Origin: Lama glama
Taxonomy: Eukaryota
Assembly: GCA_028534125.1 (NCBI GenBank)
Contig: CM052817.1
Location: 45,448,001 to 45,512,000 of the forward strand
Length of the DNA stretch: 64,000 nt
Reading direction: 5' to 3'
Shown here: positions 38,060-50,842 of the stretch, in pieces
How the letters are laid out: each line of letters starts with the position of its first letter
Position numbering within the stretch: position 1 is the stretch's first letter
Made by a program: the position numbers and the translations under genes
The notes under the pieces: generated by a model
What the model was told of the DNA's origin: nothing
Database searches by the model: none
Seen by the model: only the letters and a program-made list of their open reading frames with translations

Positions 38060-38190
38060 GCCTAACTTTCTCATGTAACAATGAAGAAACTGAGATTCAA
38101 TGAAGGGAAATGATTTGCTTTAGATCATTGGGCTAATCGCTGTATGATCAGGACCTGGAACCCAGGTCTCTATGCTGCTATGCTGAGAGA
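38060..38190 (-). mobile_element. MIR/MIR3 fragment
   Basis: ATGAAGAAACTGAGATTCAATGAAGGGAAATGATTTGC...GAACCCAGGTCTC. Confidence 0.65.
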
Positions 38191-38994
38191 TCCAACCATG
38201 TTACCATCATTTGTAATGTGTTTCCAAGTAATTCATTACAGGTAAGCATTCAAACACCAAGATTTTTGAAGGATTTACTTTTTTGTTTAAAAAAATGAGA
38301 GAAAATTCAAGGTTATCCCTAGTCATGCATATATTCCTTACTTATAATCCATCATTTCTTGAAGAAGAGAGAAAGTGGCAGGGATCTCCACCTTGGATAC
38401 ATCCATGAGTCTTTTGCACATATGAGCATCAGTTGTGTCCCAACAGAAAATGTTTAAATACCACAATGTCAGATCATATGATACACATGAGAGCCTCTGA
38501 GCAGCTGCCTTTCTGTGATTTCTCTTTCCTTTAAAGGAAAAAATGTGACCTGATTTTCACTAGACACATTGTTGGATGGACGAGGACACTATGCCCCTGA
38601 ATACCCACCACTCTAGAAGCATCAGCTAATTTTTCATCTCCCTTCTTCAGATTTGGAGCCTCAGATATCATTAGATATTTTTGCTACAAACTTCTGCATA
38701 CTTGTTTATTAATTTAATTCATACTTTCATCTATCAGCAAATATTTAGAGTGCCTCTATATGCTGGACACCAAAAAGGGTAGATTACCAAAGAAAGAGAT
38801 AATTTGCTGATGTTTATATTTCTGTACTTTAAGGTTCCAAAAGTGAGTAAAAATGATTTAAAAAAAAAAGCCCTGGAACAGTATTAAGTCTCTGATGTGC
38901 TATTTTCTTGATGAGCCTTCTTTGACAAGCTGTGCTGCTGGTCATGTTAGAACATATAGTGAAGTAGTGTACATTTTAGTGGGCATTCAATGAC

Positions 38995-39130
38995 TTTTTT
39001 GTTTATTTTTTGGAGGAGAGGTAATTAGGTTTATTTATATGTATATATATTTAATGGGAGTACTGGGAATTGAACACAGGACCTCGTGCATGCTAAGCAT
39101 GCACTCTACCACTGAGCTATCCCCTCCCCC
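38995..39130 (-). mobile_element. tRNA-Ala-derived SINE (Vic-1-like), long form
   Basis: Minus strand GGGGGAGGGGATAGCTCAGTGGTAGAGTGCATGCTTAGCATGCACGAGGTCCTGTGTTCAATTCCCAGTAC, then AT-rich tail with AAACCTAATTACCTC; flanking repeat AATGACT. Confidence 0.92.
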
Positions 39131-40489
39131 TCTTTAATGACTATTGATAACGATGGTGATGATGATGATGACAGTGATCTCAGGGACAAGGATGAAGTGA
39201 TCATGGAGCCTTGCAGTTAGTGGTAAACAATGGCAATTACATAGCAACTTCTGTTGTTGTTGTCCTCTAGGCAAGTACCTGAAAACATTAATTAACTGGA
39301 GAGACTGCTGCAAAGTCTCTTGGTAAGAGGCAGCCCTTAATCCAGACAAACAGTAGAAATCGGTAGTAGCTGGATGTCTGGAATAAACCATAAATTGCAT
39401 GAATTACAGTGTTTTATGGTAATGACCAACCTCCAGATCTCTTTGGAGGGTTTCAGGGTGAGGCCAATGTGGTAATGAGAACTGGGCAGGATCAGCGTGG
39501 ACTCTAGAGTTTGATTCAGCAGCCGCTGAGCTGCATCTTTGATGAATCGCCATGGCGTTGGATCCCAGTGGTCCCATGGCTTTTGCTGTTGTTAGATCAT
39601 GGGTAGTTGGTAACAGGACTATGAGTCAAGTACAAAGGAGGAATATCTGCTCTAACAGTGTTACCGAAGAACCTGGATCTGTTGCAAACTCTGGGGCTTG
39701 TCTGTTCCCATCTTACATAAATTATTTGTTGGAGGGATGAATGAATGCTTGCTTCTCAGATTACTAGGGTGATAGAATCCTTGGCCAGCCTAACAGACTC
39801 AGATTTTATCCACAAATCTATAAAATCTTATGTAATGTGTTCTGATATGGCATATTTGCTAAGCCCATTTTCTTTATATTCTAAATTATTTCACACAGGG
39901 GGCTAATTTAAATCATATGCCAAGCAAAACAAGGTCACTTGATATGAATCTGTCCTCCCAAGTCTTGGGCGAGAATCTGTCCCCCCCAGATTTGGGCCTT
40001 TGGAATATTTCTTTTAAACTAAGACTTGAATGAAGACATGAAATATTACCAACAGTGTTTTGTTACTTGCTGTATCTTCTTCCTTGGGGGCAGCCAGGGC
40101 TAGTGAAAGTCAAGGAGAGAGACTGAAAAAGCTGGAAATAATCTTTTTTTTTGGAGGTAAGGGAAGATATGGGCTGAAGTTTGTATTGATATGGAGTCAA
40201 CTCACTGGGCTGAGAAGATGACATAAAGGGGTCCAGGCATCTGTCAGTAGGGGAGGGAAGAAGAATGACTACACATACATTATAACATGATCCCTTTTTT
40301 CCCAGGAAAAAAGTTTTTTTACAGTGATGCCGTGTATTCCCACGGCTCAGGTGCCCAGACCTCACCCCATCAGCTTCAACAAGTTGCCTGGAGAAGGCAG
40401 CAAATCTTCACAAACACCCATTAAGGAGGGGAGTTTTTACTACTTTTCAGAGATGATAATAATAGATAAGAGACTTTGCAAGTGGTTTG

Positions 40490-40760
40490 CACGAGTGTTG
40501 ATGTCATTTATACTCCAAACACACCTGTGAGGCAGGTTGCATCACTAGCTTCGTTTTACACATGGGGAAACTGAAGCTCAGAGATGTTATGTCAGTTGCT
40601 GGAAGTTTCACAGGCACCTGAAGCAGTCTTCCCTGACAGCCTGTCCTGCTGATTCTTTGTTGATCCAAATGGGGAATGAGGCTCAGAGAGGTTCAGTGAA
40701 TTGCTCAAGATCATATAGTAATTTGCAGAATTAGGATCAAACTTAGGTCAAATATTTCTA
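40490..40760 (-). mobile_element. MIR fragments (two cores)
   Basis: TTTTACACATGGGGAAACTGAAGCTCAGAGA and ATGAGGCTCAGAGAGGTTCAGTGAATTGCTCAAGATCA. Confidence 0.7.
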
Positions 40761-41139
40761 AGTTTAATGCAGCAGTGTTCTTATTTCTCATCCTTACAAA
40801 CTTGAAGGATATGACTTAGCAAAGTGGTGTCAATAGTGGCATACTCATCATTTGAAACAGCCCCCTAAGTCTGATATCTTTTTCAACCCATATTCCCTAG
40901 AAAATAGAAAACTAGGCAAAGCTTATATGCTAAAATTTTATTGGGAAGTATAATTGAAAGATACTAAGCGGAAAAAAGGGACATGAAGGATGGAGGGAGG
41001 GGAGGCAGATATAGGGTAGCGATGACCTGTTTGACCACAGCTTCATGAGAAAACACAGCCAAGTACTCATTTATGAGGCAGACTCCCAGCCAAACCATAA
41101 AGGACCATAACACCTTAGAGCAAGGAAGGGAGAAGAATT

Positions 41140-42036
41140 TTTCTTTCTTTTTAAAAATTTTTACTTTTTATTTTTTTACTGAAGTATAGTTGATTTATGG
41201 AGTTGTGTTAGTTTCTGGTGTACAGTGTAGTAATGCAGTCATACATATACATTCTTTTTCATATTCTTTATCAATGCAGGTTATTACAAGCTATTGAATA
41301 TAGTTCCCTGTCCAACAAGGAGGACTTTGTTTTATATCTATTTCATATATTACTATATATTTGCAGTGTGTCTCTGCAAATCTCAGGCTCCTGATTTATC
41401 CCTCCACCCCTCCTTTCCCCGCTGGTAACCATAAGTTTGTTTTCTATGTCTGTGAGTCTGTTTCTAAGTTTTGTAACTAAGTTTATTTGTGTCATTTTTT
41501 AAGATTCTACATATAAGTGATATCATGTGAAGTTTGTCTTTGTCTTACTTACTTCATTTAGTATGATAATTTCCAGGTCCATCTATGTTGCTACAAATGA
41601 CGTTATTTTATTCTTTTTTATGGCTGTGTAGTATTTCATTGGATATATATCCCACATCTTTATCTAGTCATCTGTTGATGGACATTTAGGTTGCTTCCAT
41701 GTCTTGGCTGTTGCAAATAGTGCTGCTGTGAACATTGGGGTGCATATGTCTTTTCGAACTAGTTTTCTCCAGATATATGCCCAGGAGTAGGATTGCTAGA
41801 TCATATGGTCAGTCTTTTTTTTTAGTTTTTAAAGGAATCTCCATACTGTTTTCCATAATGGCTGCACCAAATTACATTTCCAACAACATTACATTCCCTT
41901 TTCTCCACGCCTTCTCCAGCATTCATCATCTGTGGACTTTCTAATTATGGCCATTCTGACTTGTGTGAGGTGATACCTCATTGTAGTTTTGATTTGCATT
42001 TCCCTGATAATTAGTGATACTGAGCATCTTTTCATC
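41140..42036 (-). mobile_element. 5'-truncated LINE-1 with canonical 3'UTR
   Basis: TTTTTTACTGAAGTATAGTTGATTT...CTGGTAACCATAAGTTTGTTTTCTATGTCTGTGAGTCTG; ORF2 remnant [15 protein letters not shown]. Confidence 0.92.
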
Positions 42037-42861
42037 TTATTCTTCTTTGGACTATTGTGTTTATAACTGGCTTGCTCTTCTAAACATAATGTCATCATTG
42101 TGTATGACATTACCATAAATTATTGGAAAAGTCTAGGACCCTTTACTGGTGACCATTTTTAAAGTATTGGTACTTTATTTTAGACCTATGTTGTCATAAA
42201 AAATTAGCATATACGTTTCATTTGGAAGAAACATGTTTGCATGCCAATACAAATAAAAAAGGGGAGAGAGGACTGGGATAGAGAGAAGGTGAAAGAGACG
42301 TTTTGCAGTTTATTAAGGTATGATAACATCCCTTATGCTCTTAGTCTTGGAAGAGTGCAGTGGTAGAGTGCATTGCTGGGGAAAAGTCTCATTTTAGCAG
42401 ATCCAGGTGATGTGCTGGCAAATCTTTACTGCAGGCTGAAGTCAGTGGCCATCCAAGTTAAGATCCTCCTTGGGATGGGAAACTGTGAATGGTTCATTTA
42501 CTTTGTTCAGCTCATCCCACTTCATCCTGAATGTGTATGGTGCTCCTTCACTAGTATGGCATGGTCCTTAATCTGCCACATCTCCTCATCCAGTCCAGGA
42601 AAGAACATCTTCCTTATGGGTTCCTTGTCTTCAACTTGGTCCACCTGGTTTCTCCAAAGCCTTCCTACCCTGACCCCAGCTTTAATCTCCAACCCCCTAC
42701 TCTATTTTTGGCCTTAAAGATCAGTCATTCAGCTGCATTTAATTTTACCCAGTATGAAGAGGATAACTGGAAATGCCACTCATTGGTCCAGCCTCAAGTA
42801 TCTATACTATCTTTGGACCTTTCATATTCTCAACATGGTTCCTGGGTATTTTTATAGAGAG

Positions 42862-43112
42862 ACAATATAGTGTAATGGTTAAATTGATGAGCCCTGGAAT
42901 CAGATTGCCTGGGTCCAAATCCCAGCTCTGCCATTTAGCTTGTGACCTGGGGCAAGTCTTTAACCTCCATTCCCCAGTTTTCTCTTCTACAAAATGAAGA
43001 AAATAAATACACCTATGATGTAGGACTTTGTGAGGATTAATAAATTAATGTGCACAAACTACTTAGAAGAGTGCGTGGCACATCCTAAGTGACTTATAAG
43101 TGTTTGCTATCA
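42862..43112 (+). mobile_element. Near full-length MIR
   Basis: ACAATATAGTGTAATGGTTAA...CTGGGTCCAAATCCCAGCTCTGCCA...TGTGACCTGGGGCAAGT...TGTGAGGATTAA. Confidence 0.9.
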
Positions 43113-44053
43113 TCTCCCCCTCCTCCTCCTCCTTATCCTTCTCCTTCTTCAAGTGAATATGAATCTTCTCTTTTTCCAATTGCATTTCAAAAGATCATCT
43201 TCTGCTATCCCATATAGGGTGAAGCCAGGCCTTAGAAAGAGGGTGGATATATACTATGCTCAATCTAGAAGGAGAGGTTAGAAAACAAATCCTATTAATA
43301 GAAAAAACATTGGCAAGTCAATATATAAAATAATAGGAGAGATTATAACACTTTGTTAGGCCCTGGAATGTGAAGACATTAATTTACTTAAAAGCACTAA
43401 TGAATCTAGATAGTCAAGGGTGGAATTATAAATGATTTATTCTGGTAAGCTTGATCATGTGTGTATTAATCATTTGAATACTTACTGATTTATACATTTG
43501 GAGAAAGGAAAGCTGGGAGGTCCTGGAACACTGTTAGAGTCTTCTCCAACTTTTATCACTATGTATTGTTTCTATTGCCAAGTGGAAGAAAAAAGTCAAG
43601 TTACTCTTTTATTTTTGAAGATGATGTGATTGGTATGTGGCAATATTTAGTTTAGTACACTGTGAAGAAGTTTATGATGAGTTAAAAAATCAGGAGATAA
43701 AATTTCCTTTCACTTTATGCATTTAAAACACAGCTAGAGTTTTATTTTGTAGTTTTATTTAAAGAGAAATTAAAATTCAAGAATAAGCTCCACATGTTGC
43801 CGTAGATGGTAAAATCTGAGGATCAGTTAGCTGAATTTGATGGCTTGTTACTACATGCATTCAGATGTTCTCCCACAAACACACAATTACTGAGAGCAAA
43901 AGAATTAATTTCTTTCTAAAAGGCTTCTTTTCAAATAAAGTTTTGAATTTCAAAAGGAAAGAAAAAGCAAAGCCATTTCTTGTAGCATTGGCACTTAATA
44001 AGTACTTACGTATTTGATATTTAAATTGAAGTGAAGACATATGAGCTTAATGT

Positions 44054-44554
44054 TGTAGATTGTTTATGTAAATGACTGCAATTCTTCTTCCCTGTATGTA
44101 CGCCCTTTTGCAAAGTGACTCTGGGTTCTTCCATCAGAAAGTGGAGTCTGTTTCCCCACTCTTTGAATATGAACTTGTCTTCTGATTTGTTTCAATAAAA
44201 TACAGTGGTTGTGATGCTGTTCTAGCTCCAAGCCTAGACCTTAAGAAGCCTTCCTCATTTTAGTCTCTTTGGAGTCCTCTAACCACCATGTGAAAATCTA
44301 TGCTAGCCTGGTGGGGAATAAGAGGCTTACTAAATGCCACATAGAACAGTGGCCATGGTGACAGGTAACCAGTCACCAGGCATGTCAAAGGGACCATCCC
44401 AGATCAGGCAACATGCAGAAACAGAATTACCTAAATTTGATCTGCAGCTGTTTGCAGCTTCAAGAGCAAGTCTGGTAAATATCAGAAGAACCACACTGCT
44501 GAGCCCAGGCCAAATTTTCTACCTACAGAATAGTGTGATAAGTAAATGGTAGTT
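44054..44554 (+). mobile_element. MaLR LTR (MLT1F/G-like)
   Basis: GTGGAGTCTGTTTCCCCACTCTTTGAAT...CCAAGCCTAGACCTTAAGAAGCCT...GCTGAGCCCAGGCCAAATT. Confidence 0.7.
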
Positions 44555-44842
44555 AGAATCAGGGTTGGAGCAAGAGCTAACATTTACTGAGCACTTACTA
44601 TGTGCTAGGCACCATTCTACTTGCTTTAAGGTTGGTTATTGGCTTCCTTCATCCTCATAACAATGCTGTGATAGGTTACAGATGAAGGAAGTAGCCTGAG
44701 GCTATCTGTTGGTCACAGTCAGAAGTAACATCTCAGCAAGGCTTATTAGTGTGCCCTCCTTCCCCCTCCCCGCTGATAATGGGGCAAAGGGCAAGCCGGC
44801 TGAAGCCATGTCTATTTATATACCTCACTGAAGTTTCTCTAA

Positions 44843-45040
44843 AGTGTGGTTGACAAACTTTTCCTGTAAAGGGCCAGGTAGTAAATACTTAGGTTTTATG
44901 AGCTGTCTCTGCCACAGCTACCCAACTCTGCCTTTGCAGTGTGAGCACAGCCGTACAGTATGTACACAAACCAGCTGGGGCTTCCAATAAAATAGCTGGG
45001 GGGCTGGATTTGGCCTGTGGGTCATAGTGTGTTGATGCCT
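44843..45040. mobile_element. hAT-Charlie MITE, MER58-like
   Basis: GGTTGACAAACTTTTCCTGTAAAGGGCCAGGTAGTAAATA...GGCTGGATTTGGCCTGTGGGTCATAG. Confidence 0.8.
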
Positions 45041-45945
45041 CCTCCCAGAAATTAAGCTGTAATGACACGAGGCATCCACTGAATGTACTGCATGAGCTTA
45101 TCTCCCACGCATCTAGTGTGTTCCTAGCTTTGTATCATCCTTGGGAGAACTGAGAAAATAATCACACAGGTCATTTTCAGTAAGCCTTAATTCTCCAGCA
45201 GAACCCCAGGAGAAAGGTAGCATGGTTGCTGGTTTCATCTCATATCTGGTTCTTTTTGTGGCTGTGGGGTGACTGCTATAGCAATGGCTGATATTTTCCA
45301 TTTTTGCTTCCAATGGGAGGAAGAGATCCAGTCTGAGGAAAGTAAGGAGGGATTTTTGCAGAGGCCCAGCAGCTTTCTCCTGGTGTCTCAGCTGAAATGT
45401 GTCATCTACTCATTTTGGAGGTGAGCACTAGTAAGGGGAAGGGATCGCTCTGATTGGCTGGAACTATTTGGGTCTGGTCCATGGAGCTGCAGTTGGATCA
45501 AGTTACTTAATTGCTAACTGGTACCATTTCTAATTTGCTTTCTCACTTGATTTACAGTTTTTTTGTAGCTCAAAAATAACTTTTCCTTAAACTAGAGCAC
45601 ATTGCTCCATTGTTTTCTTGCCTCCAGTAGTGTGGATATGAAGTGTTATGTTAATCTAATTTTTGTTGCTTTAAAGTGTAATCTTTAAAAAAGCCTTTGT
45701 TTTTGTTGTCAAATTTTGTCACATTTGACTAGGAGTTGGTGTTTTTTCATTTATCTTGCCTAGTACTCAATGGATTCTTTCTACATATAGATTTATGTCA
45801 TTCTTTGACTCAGGGAAATATTCTGCCATTTTTTATTTTTAAAAAATATTTGTATTCCCTAATTCTGTCTCTCCTCACCTTTTAGAACTTCTACAACATG
45901 GGTATTAGGACTTCTCTTCTCTTTCCTCCTTGTCTTTAATTGCCA

Positions 45946-46391
45946 TGATGGGTTTAATTGTGTTCCCCAAATTCATATGTTAAAGTCCCAACCTCCATAA
46001 CTCAGAATGTGACCTTATTTGCAAATAGGGTTGTTGCAGGTGTAATTAACTAAGATGAGGTCATACTGGACCCTAATCCAATATGACTACTGTTCTTGTA
46101 AAAAGGGGAAATCTGGATACAAATACACCCACAGGGAGAATGCCATGTGAACGTGAAAGCAGAGATGGAGGTGATGCAGCTATAAGCCAAGGAAGACCAA
46201 AGGCTGCGAGTAAACCAGCAGAGATGGGGAGAGGCATAGAAGTGGTTCTTCCTCAGAGCCTTCAAAAGGAACTAACCTTATCAACACTTTGATCTTGGAC
46301 TGCTAGCCTCCAGAAGTGAGACAATAAATGTTTGTTGTTTGAGCCACCCAATCTATGGTACTTAAGGATTATATCCGAGGAAAGTAAATCA
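45946..46391 (+). mobile_element. MaLR LTR (MLT1B/C-like)
   Basis: CCCCAAATTCATATGTTAAAGTCC...CAGAATGTGACCTTATTTG...GCCTCCAGAAGTGAGACAATAAATG. Confidence 0.85.
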
Positions 46392-46621
46392 ACTGTGTTG
46401 ATATCCTGCATTTCTTTTGCTGTTTTGCTGTGACCCAGAAGAATTCCTCATTTTGCTCTCAGAGCTCATTAATTTGTTCTACAGCAATGTCCATTCAGTT
46501 TGTTATTTGGCCACTTATATTTTCATTTTCAAGATCTATAATCAGTTCATTTTCATAACGGCCTATTCTTATCTCATGGATACAGGAAACAATTTTTTTC
46601 AAAGCCTTTTTTCCTTTGAGA

Positions 46622-47500
46622 TGTATTAGATAGGATGGTATTCAGTTTCAAGTAACAGAAACCACAATAAACTGTAACTTAAGCAAGTAATAGGTTTATT
46701 TTTCTCATAAATTAAAATGTCCATAAATGAGCATCAAGAGCTGTCATCCAGGGACCAGGCTCCTTCCATCTTTTATCCTACTGTTCTGAGTATGTGGACT
46801 TCATTCTTATGAATGTAAGATGGCTCTTGTACCTCACAGCATTGGGTATGCATTCTTGACCAGAAGAAAGAAAGACAGAATAAAAAGGAAAGATTGGTGT
46901 CTGTATTAGTATAAAAAAGCATGACAAAAGTCCAAAGTTATAGTGACTTAAAGACAAAGCTTACCTCTTATATTAATGATATAATGGTAGGTGGTCCAGA
47001 GCTGACATTCCACCCCATGGTGTCAGGGACCTAGGTCCCTTTAATCTTTTTTGTTCTCCCATCCAAAATATGTGGTTTTAAAATGTGATCCAACATGGCA
47101 GCTCAAGATCCAGCCATGATCTTTTTATTCCATCTACCAAGAAAGTGGGCAAGTGAGGAGGACATGAACTTATATTCTACTGGCCAGAGCTTAGAGTCTC
47201 TTCTCCCCTAAGGCTGTCATGGGCTTAGCTAAAATTAGGGGTTCTAAAATGAATAAAGAAGAGAAGAGTGAATATTAGGAGACAACTGATCAGCTCTGTT
47301 ATAATTAGTAAAGCAAAACTTACCCAGAAATATCCAGCAGGCTTCTATTTCATGGGACAGATCTATGTTCTCTGACATGGTTGAGAGGTAGAGTTCTGTA
47401 AAATCATGCATTCATTCAATCAATCATCAATTAGGATTCTGGTAGTAAGGAAGAAATGGAGAATGGATATTGGGCAGGCCAACTAGCAAGTCAGTCACAC
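46622..47500 (-). mobile_element. Old MLT1 LTR with a second MLT1 LTR nested at ~46902-47303
   Basis: Two TGTATTAG starts (46622, 46902) and two GAAT(GG)ATATT(A/G)GG ends (~47275, ~47470). Confidence 0.55.
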
Positions 47501-48024
47501 TTGTGTATAAGTTTTTCAATTTATGCCATAGTACTTCTTTCATGGTATTTGGTTTACTTAAATTATAAGTGTTTCTTGGTTACATGACCCCTTGTCTTAT
47601 AGTTGGTGTGCTAATTTATGAACGTGAGAGTTCCTATCAGCATGCCTCTGAGTGTTGCATCTATTTACCACAGACTGCCTCCAGGGATTTCAGGAGGGTA
47701 GGAGGAGTCCCTGCAAGGCAGAGTAGCCTGGTCTTCTGAGTGTGGAGACTTCTCCCTCCAGGCTGGTTCCTTGCTGAGAGCCCACATTCACTGCCCTACA
47801 TGAGGACTAATGACTTCACTAGCTCACTACCTGCCCGTAGGGAGAATGGCTGACCTCCTGAATGGACCTTTGGTGGAACCTTGACAAATCACCCCAGGAG
47901 TTCATCTTCAGGCCCCTGCAGGTGCTCCTTATCCACTACTTCGGAACTGAGTGTCCTTGGAGTAGCTGCTGCCTTTTGCAGAAGTTCTCTGATGTACAGG
48001 TTTGGGTCACTTTTTGAAATTCAT

Positions 48025-48113
48025 TATTTTTTTCCTCGGCTTTATTGAGATATAATTGACATATAACATTGTGTAAGTTAAAGTATACAGTGTGCTGATC
48101 TGACCCATTTATA
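48025..48113 (-). mobile_element. L1 3' tip
   Basis: GCTTTATTGAGATATAATTGACATATAACATTGTGTAAGTT. Confidence 0.8.
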
Positions 48114-48566
48114 CATTGACTGAAAAAAAAGCACAACCTAAAAGTTGAGAATTATGTTTTGTTTGGTGGATTTTCTGAGCACTTTAAGCCCAGGAGACAG
48201 CCTCTCAGGTCGCTCTGAGGAACTGCTCAGAAGATGTGAGGGAGGAACCAGAAGATAAAGGAGTTTTTACAACAAAGACCAGGTAGTCAGAACATCAAAA
48301 GATTACTGTTAAACAAAGCCAGATATCTCAAGTTAATGAATTTGGACTTTTCTACTTATGGGAAGATGCAACAGTCTGGGCTGACTGAACTCACTCCTTT
48401 AATATGCATCTCAGCTATCTAAGGCCAGTATCCTGATCTTTCCCATCATGAATCCTCTTAGGGTGCACCTTAAGAGGGTAGGGGCACCCTTAGGGGCAGC
48501 TGTAGTGTCTTGATGGCTGCAGCATCCTTTGTTTACTGATATGGCATGTGACATTTTTCATTCATA
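48114..48566 (-). mobile_element. ERV1 solo LTR, MER41-like (artiodactyl type)
   Basis: GCACAACCTAAAAGTTGAGAATTATGTTTT...AGCCTCTCAG..GCTCTGAGG...ATCCTTTGTTTACTGATATGGCA resembles the bovine MER41 LTR as recalled; no TSD seen. Confidence 0.75.
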
Positions 48567-50842
48567 CGGGCTTCATTCTCCCAAGACGTTGCTGGCTGGA
48601 CCTTCTAGAACTCTGGAAACTGAGGCTGTAGGGTGGACCCTGGTGATGGAACCGAGAAGAGGGGTGAGTGAAAGATTTTGAGGTAGAACTTGCCTTCCCA
48701 CAGTAGGGAACCAGGCTGGGCAGGGAGGCCTCGGTTTGCTTTTGGATGTTTGCTTTCTGAGGGTGTGGTGGGTCAGAGGGATTGTGACAACTAACAAGGG
48801 AGGAGAGTGACCTCTCCCAGTCAGGGGATGAGGCAGTCTCTGGTTCCCAGAGGTCCTCTTTCTTTCCTCAGCACCAGAAAAACTAGAAGCTTAAAAAGGG
48901 CAAACAGGAGTTGTGTAAAGAAGAGACCAGGGCCCTTCCCTGCTCCAAGTCCCTGGAGCCATAAGAGCAGCATGCTTTGCAAAAAGGAAAACCTGATTTA
49001 GAGATGAAATTGATGCTTTCAATTGGACTGGACTAAGTTGTCAGAAAGGAAAATGTTTGGAAATAAATGAAATCTGACCAAGATGTCCTTAGACACTCTA
49101 TAGACAAGCAGTGACTAGAACTCTCCTTGCACAGGTTAAATTGAACAGCTTGGTATCTCTGTCCATTTCCAAGTCAATAGTGTGTTTAAGTCAGGGCCAA
49201 GGCTCACACTCAAAGCTCTTCGGAAAGCATAATGCAGTTTATAATGTAGCAGTTAATAATAAATTTCATCTGCCTTATGACTGGGTGGAATGGATAGTAG
49301 TATTGACGCAGGGGCTAGGATTATTTTTCACTTGGAATCTGATGTTTAGAAATAACATAGCATTTTCAGAACTCTTCCATGAGTTCTCAGTCATTTTTTA
49401 GGAATTAAAAGCTGGAGTCCTGGAAACATCTTTGCACGTAGTACTGGAAAATATAGGTTTCTTTTCTGCATTATTTGAATTTTTAAAGAATTAGCTCTTG
49501 ATCAATTCCACTGCTTTAATAATTCATTAATTTTTAATTTTATAAATTTTTAAATATTGACTGCTTTTTCTTTGCTTCTTCCGTTCAATACGTAATTTAT
49601 TATGACCTACTTTCCTTTATACAGACATTTAGTGGTATAAATTTTCTTCAGATAACAGCTATGGTTGCTTTCAAGCATTTTATGATGTAATGTTATTAAT
49701 TATTATTTAGTACTAAACATTATGTAAGAGTTGATTTTCCTCTTTGACCTAAGAATTACTTAGGAGAATGGCCTTTACTTTCTAAGTGATTAAATTTTGT
49801 TTCTTTCAATTTTAAAACTTCACTAATTTTTTGCATTGTGAACAAGGAAGTTGACTTGGAAAATTTCTGCCCTTTGAAATTTATGAAGCCTTTCTCTGTG
49901 GTACAATATATGAAAAATTTTTGTGTTTTTTTCATGAGTAATGGAAAGTAAGTTCTATTGTCTATAGAGCTGAGTGTTAGTAACCAGCACATAAATCAGA
50001 CTTACTCATGATAGAATTTGAATTGTCTTTATCATTATTTTTGCCCAGTTGGTCTGTTGACAATTTCAATGGTAAGTGAAATCCTTCTACTACTGTTAAA
50101 TTCATGTCACTTTATTCTTGCCTTATTGTTTTTGCTTCATATAAGGAAGGTTCATGGAATTAATATCCCTAATTTGAGTTGTAGTTTCCACCAGTGTAAA
50201 ATCATTTTACTTCCCATGAGTTATTTAAAAACATATATGCAGCAGCTATTTTATTATAATAGGTATTTGTTGCAAAATTTTAAAATAATATAAAGCTGCA
50301 TAAGTAGAAGCCAAGATCTTTGTTGTCACTCCCAAGAATTTTATTCCCCTGATATTCTATTATTAAAAGTTTATTGTATAATCTTCTGGACTTAAAACAA
50401 TCTATATATTGATAATTATTTTTTCACATTATATTATGTAATCTACTTTTGAAATTCTATAATGTGATATTGATAGTTGTGTTGTCTCTTAATGACTACC
50501 CATTTCTTAGTTTTAAGAATTTAGCATAATTTACTTAACAATTCTCCTTTTAATAAGTTTTTAAGTTAGCAGGCTTTTTTTTTGCTATTATAAACAACTT
50601 TAGATCTTGAATTCTGTTTTTGTTTGATAATAATATTATGAAACTTGATTCTTTATTTTCATGAGCCTGATATACCTTTGCTCATTCATTTAAAAAAATA
50701 CTGCTTTTGAAAGCTTAAAAGTATGTTTTTATTAAGTTCTCTATTCAAATATCATCTTATCCATGGGGACTTCCCTAAGCATACTTTATTTATTTTTATT
50801 TTTTTAATTGAGGGAGATAATTATGTTTATTTGTTTATTTCC

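Noticed and set aside
39055..39130. tRNA-Ala(AGC)-like sequence (also 12043-12118)
   Set aside because: Mismatches in the anticodon, T and acceptor stems, plus an AT-rich tail and flanking repeats: SINE, not tRNA.
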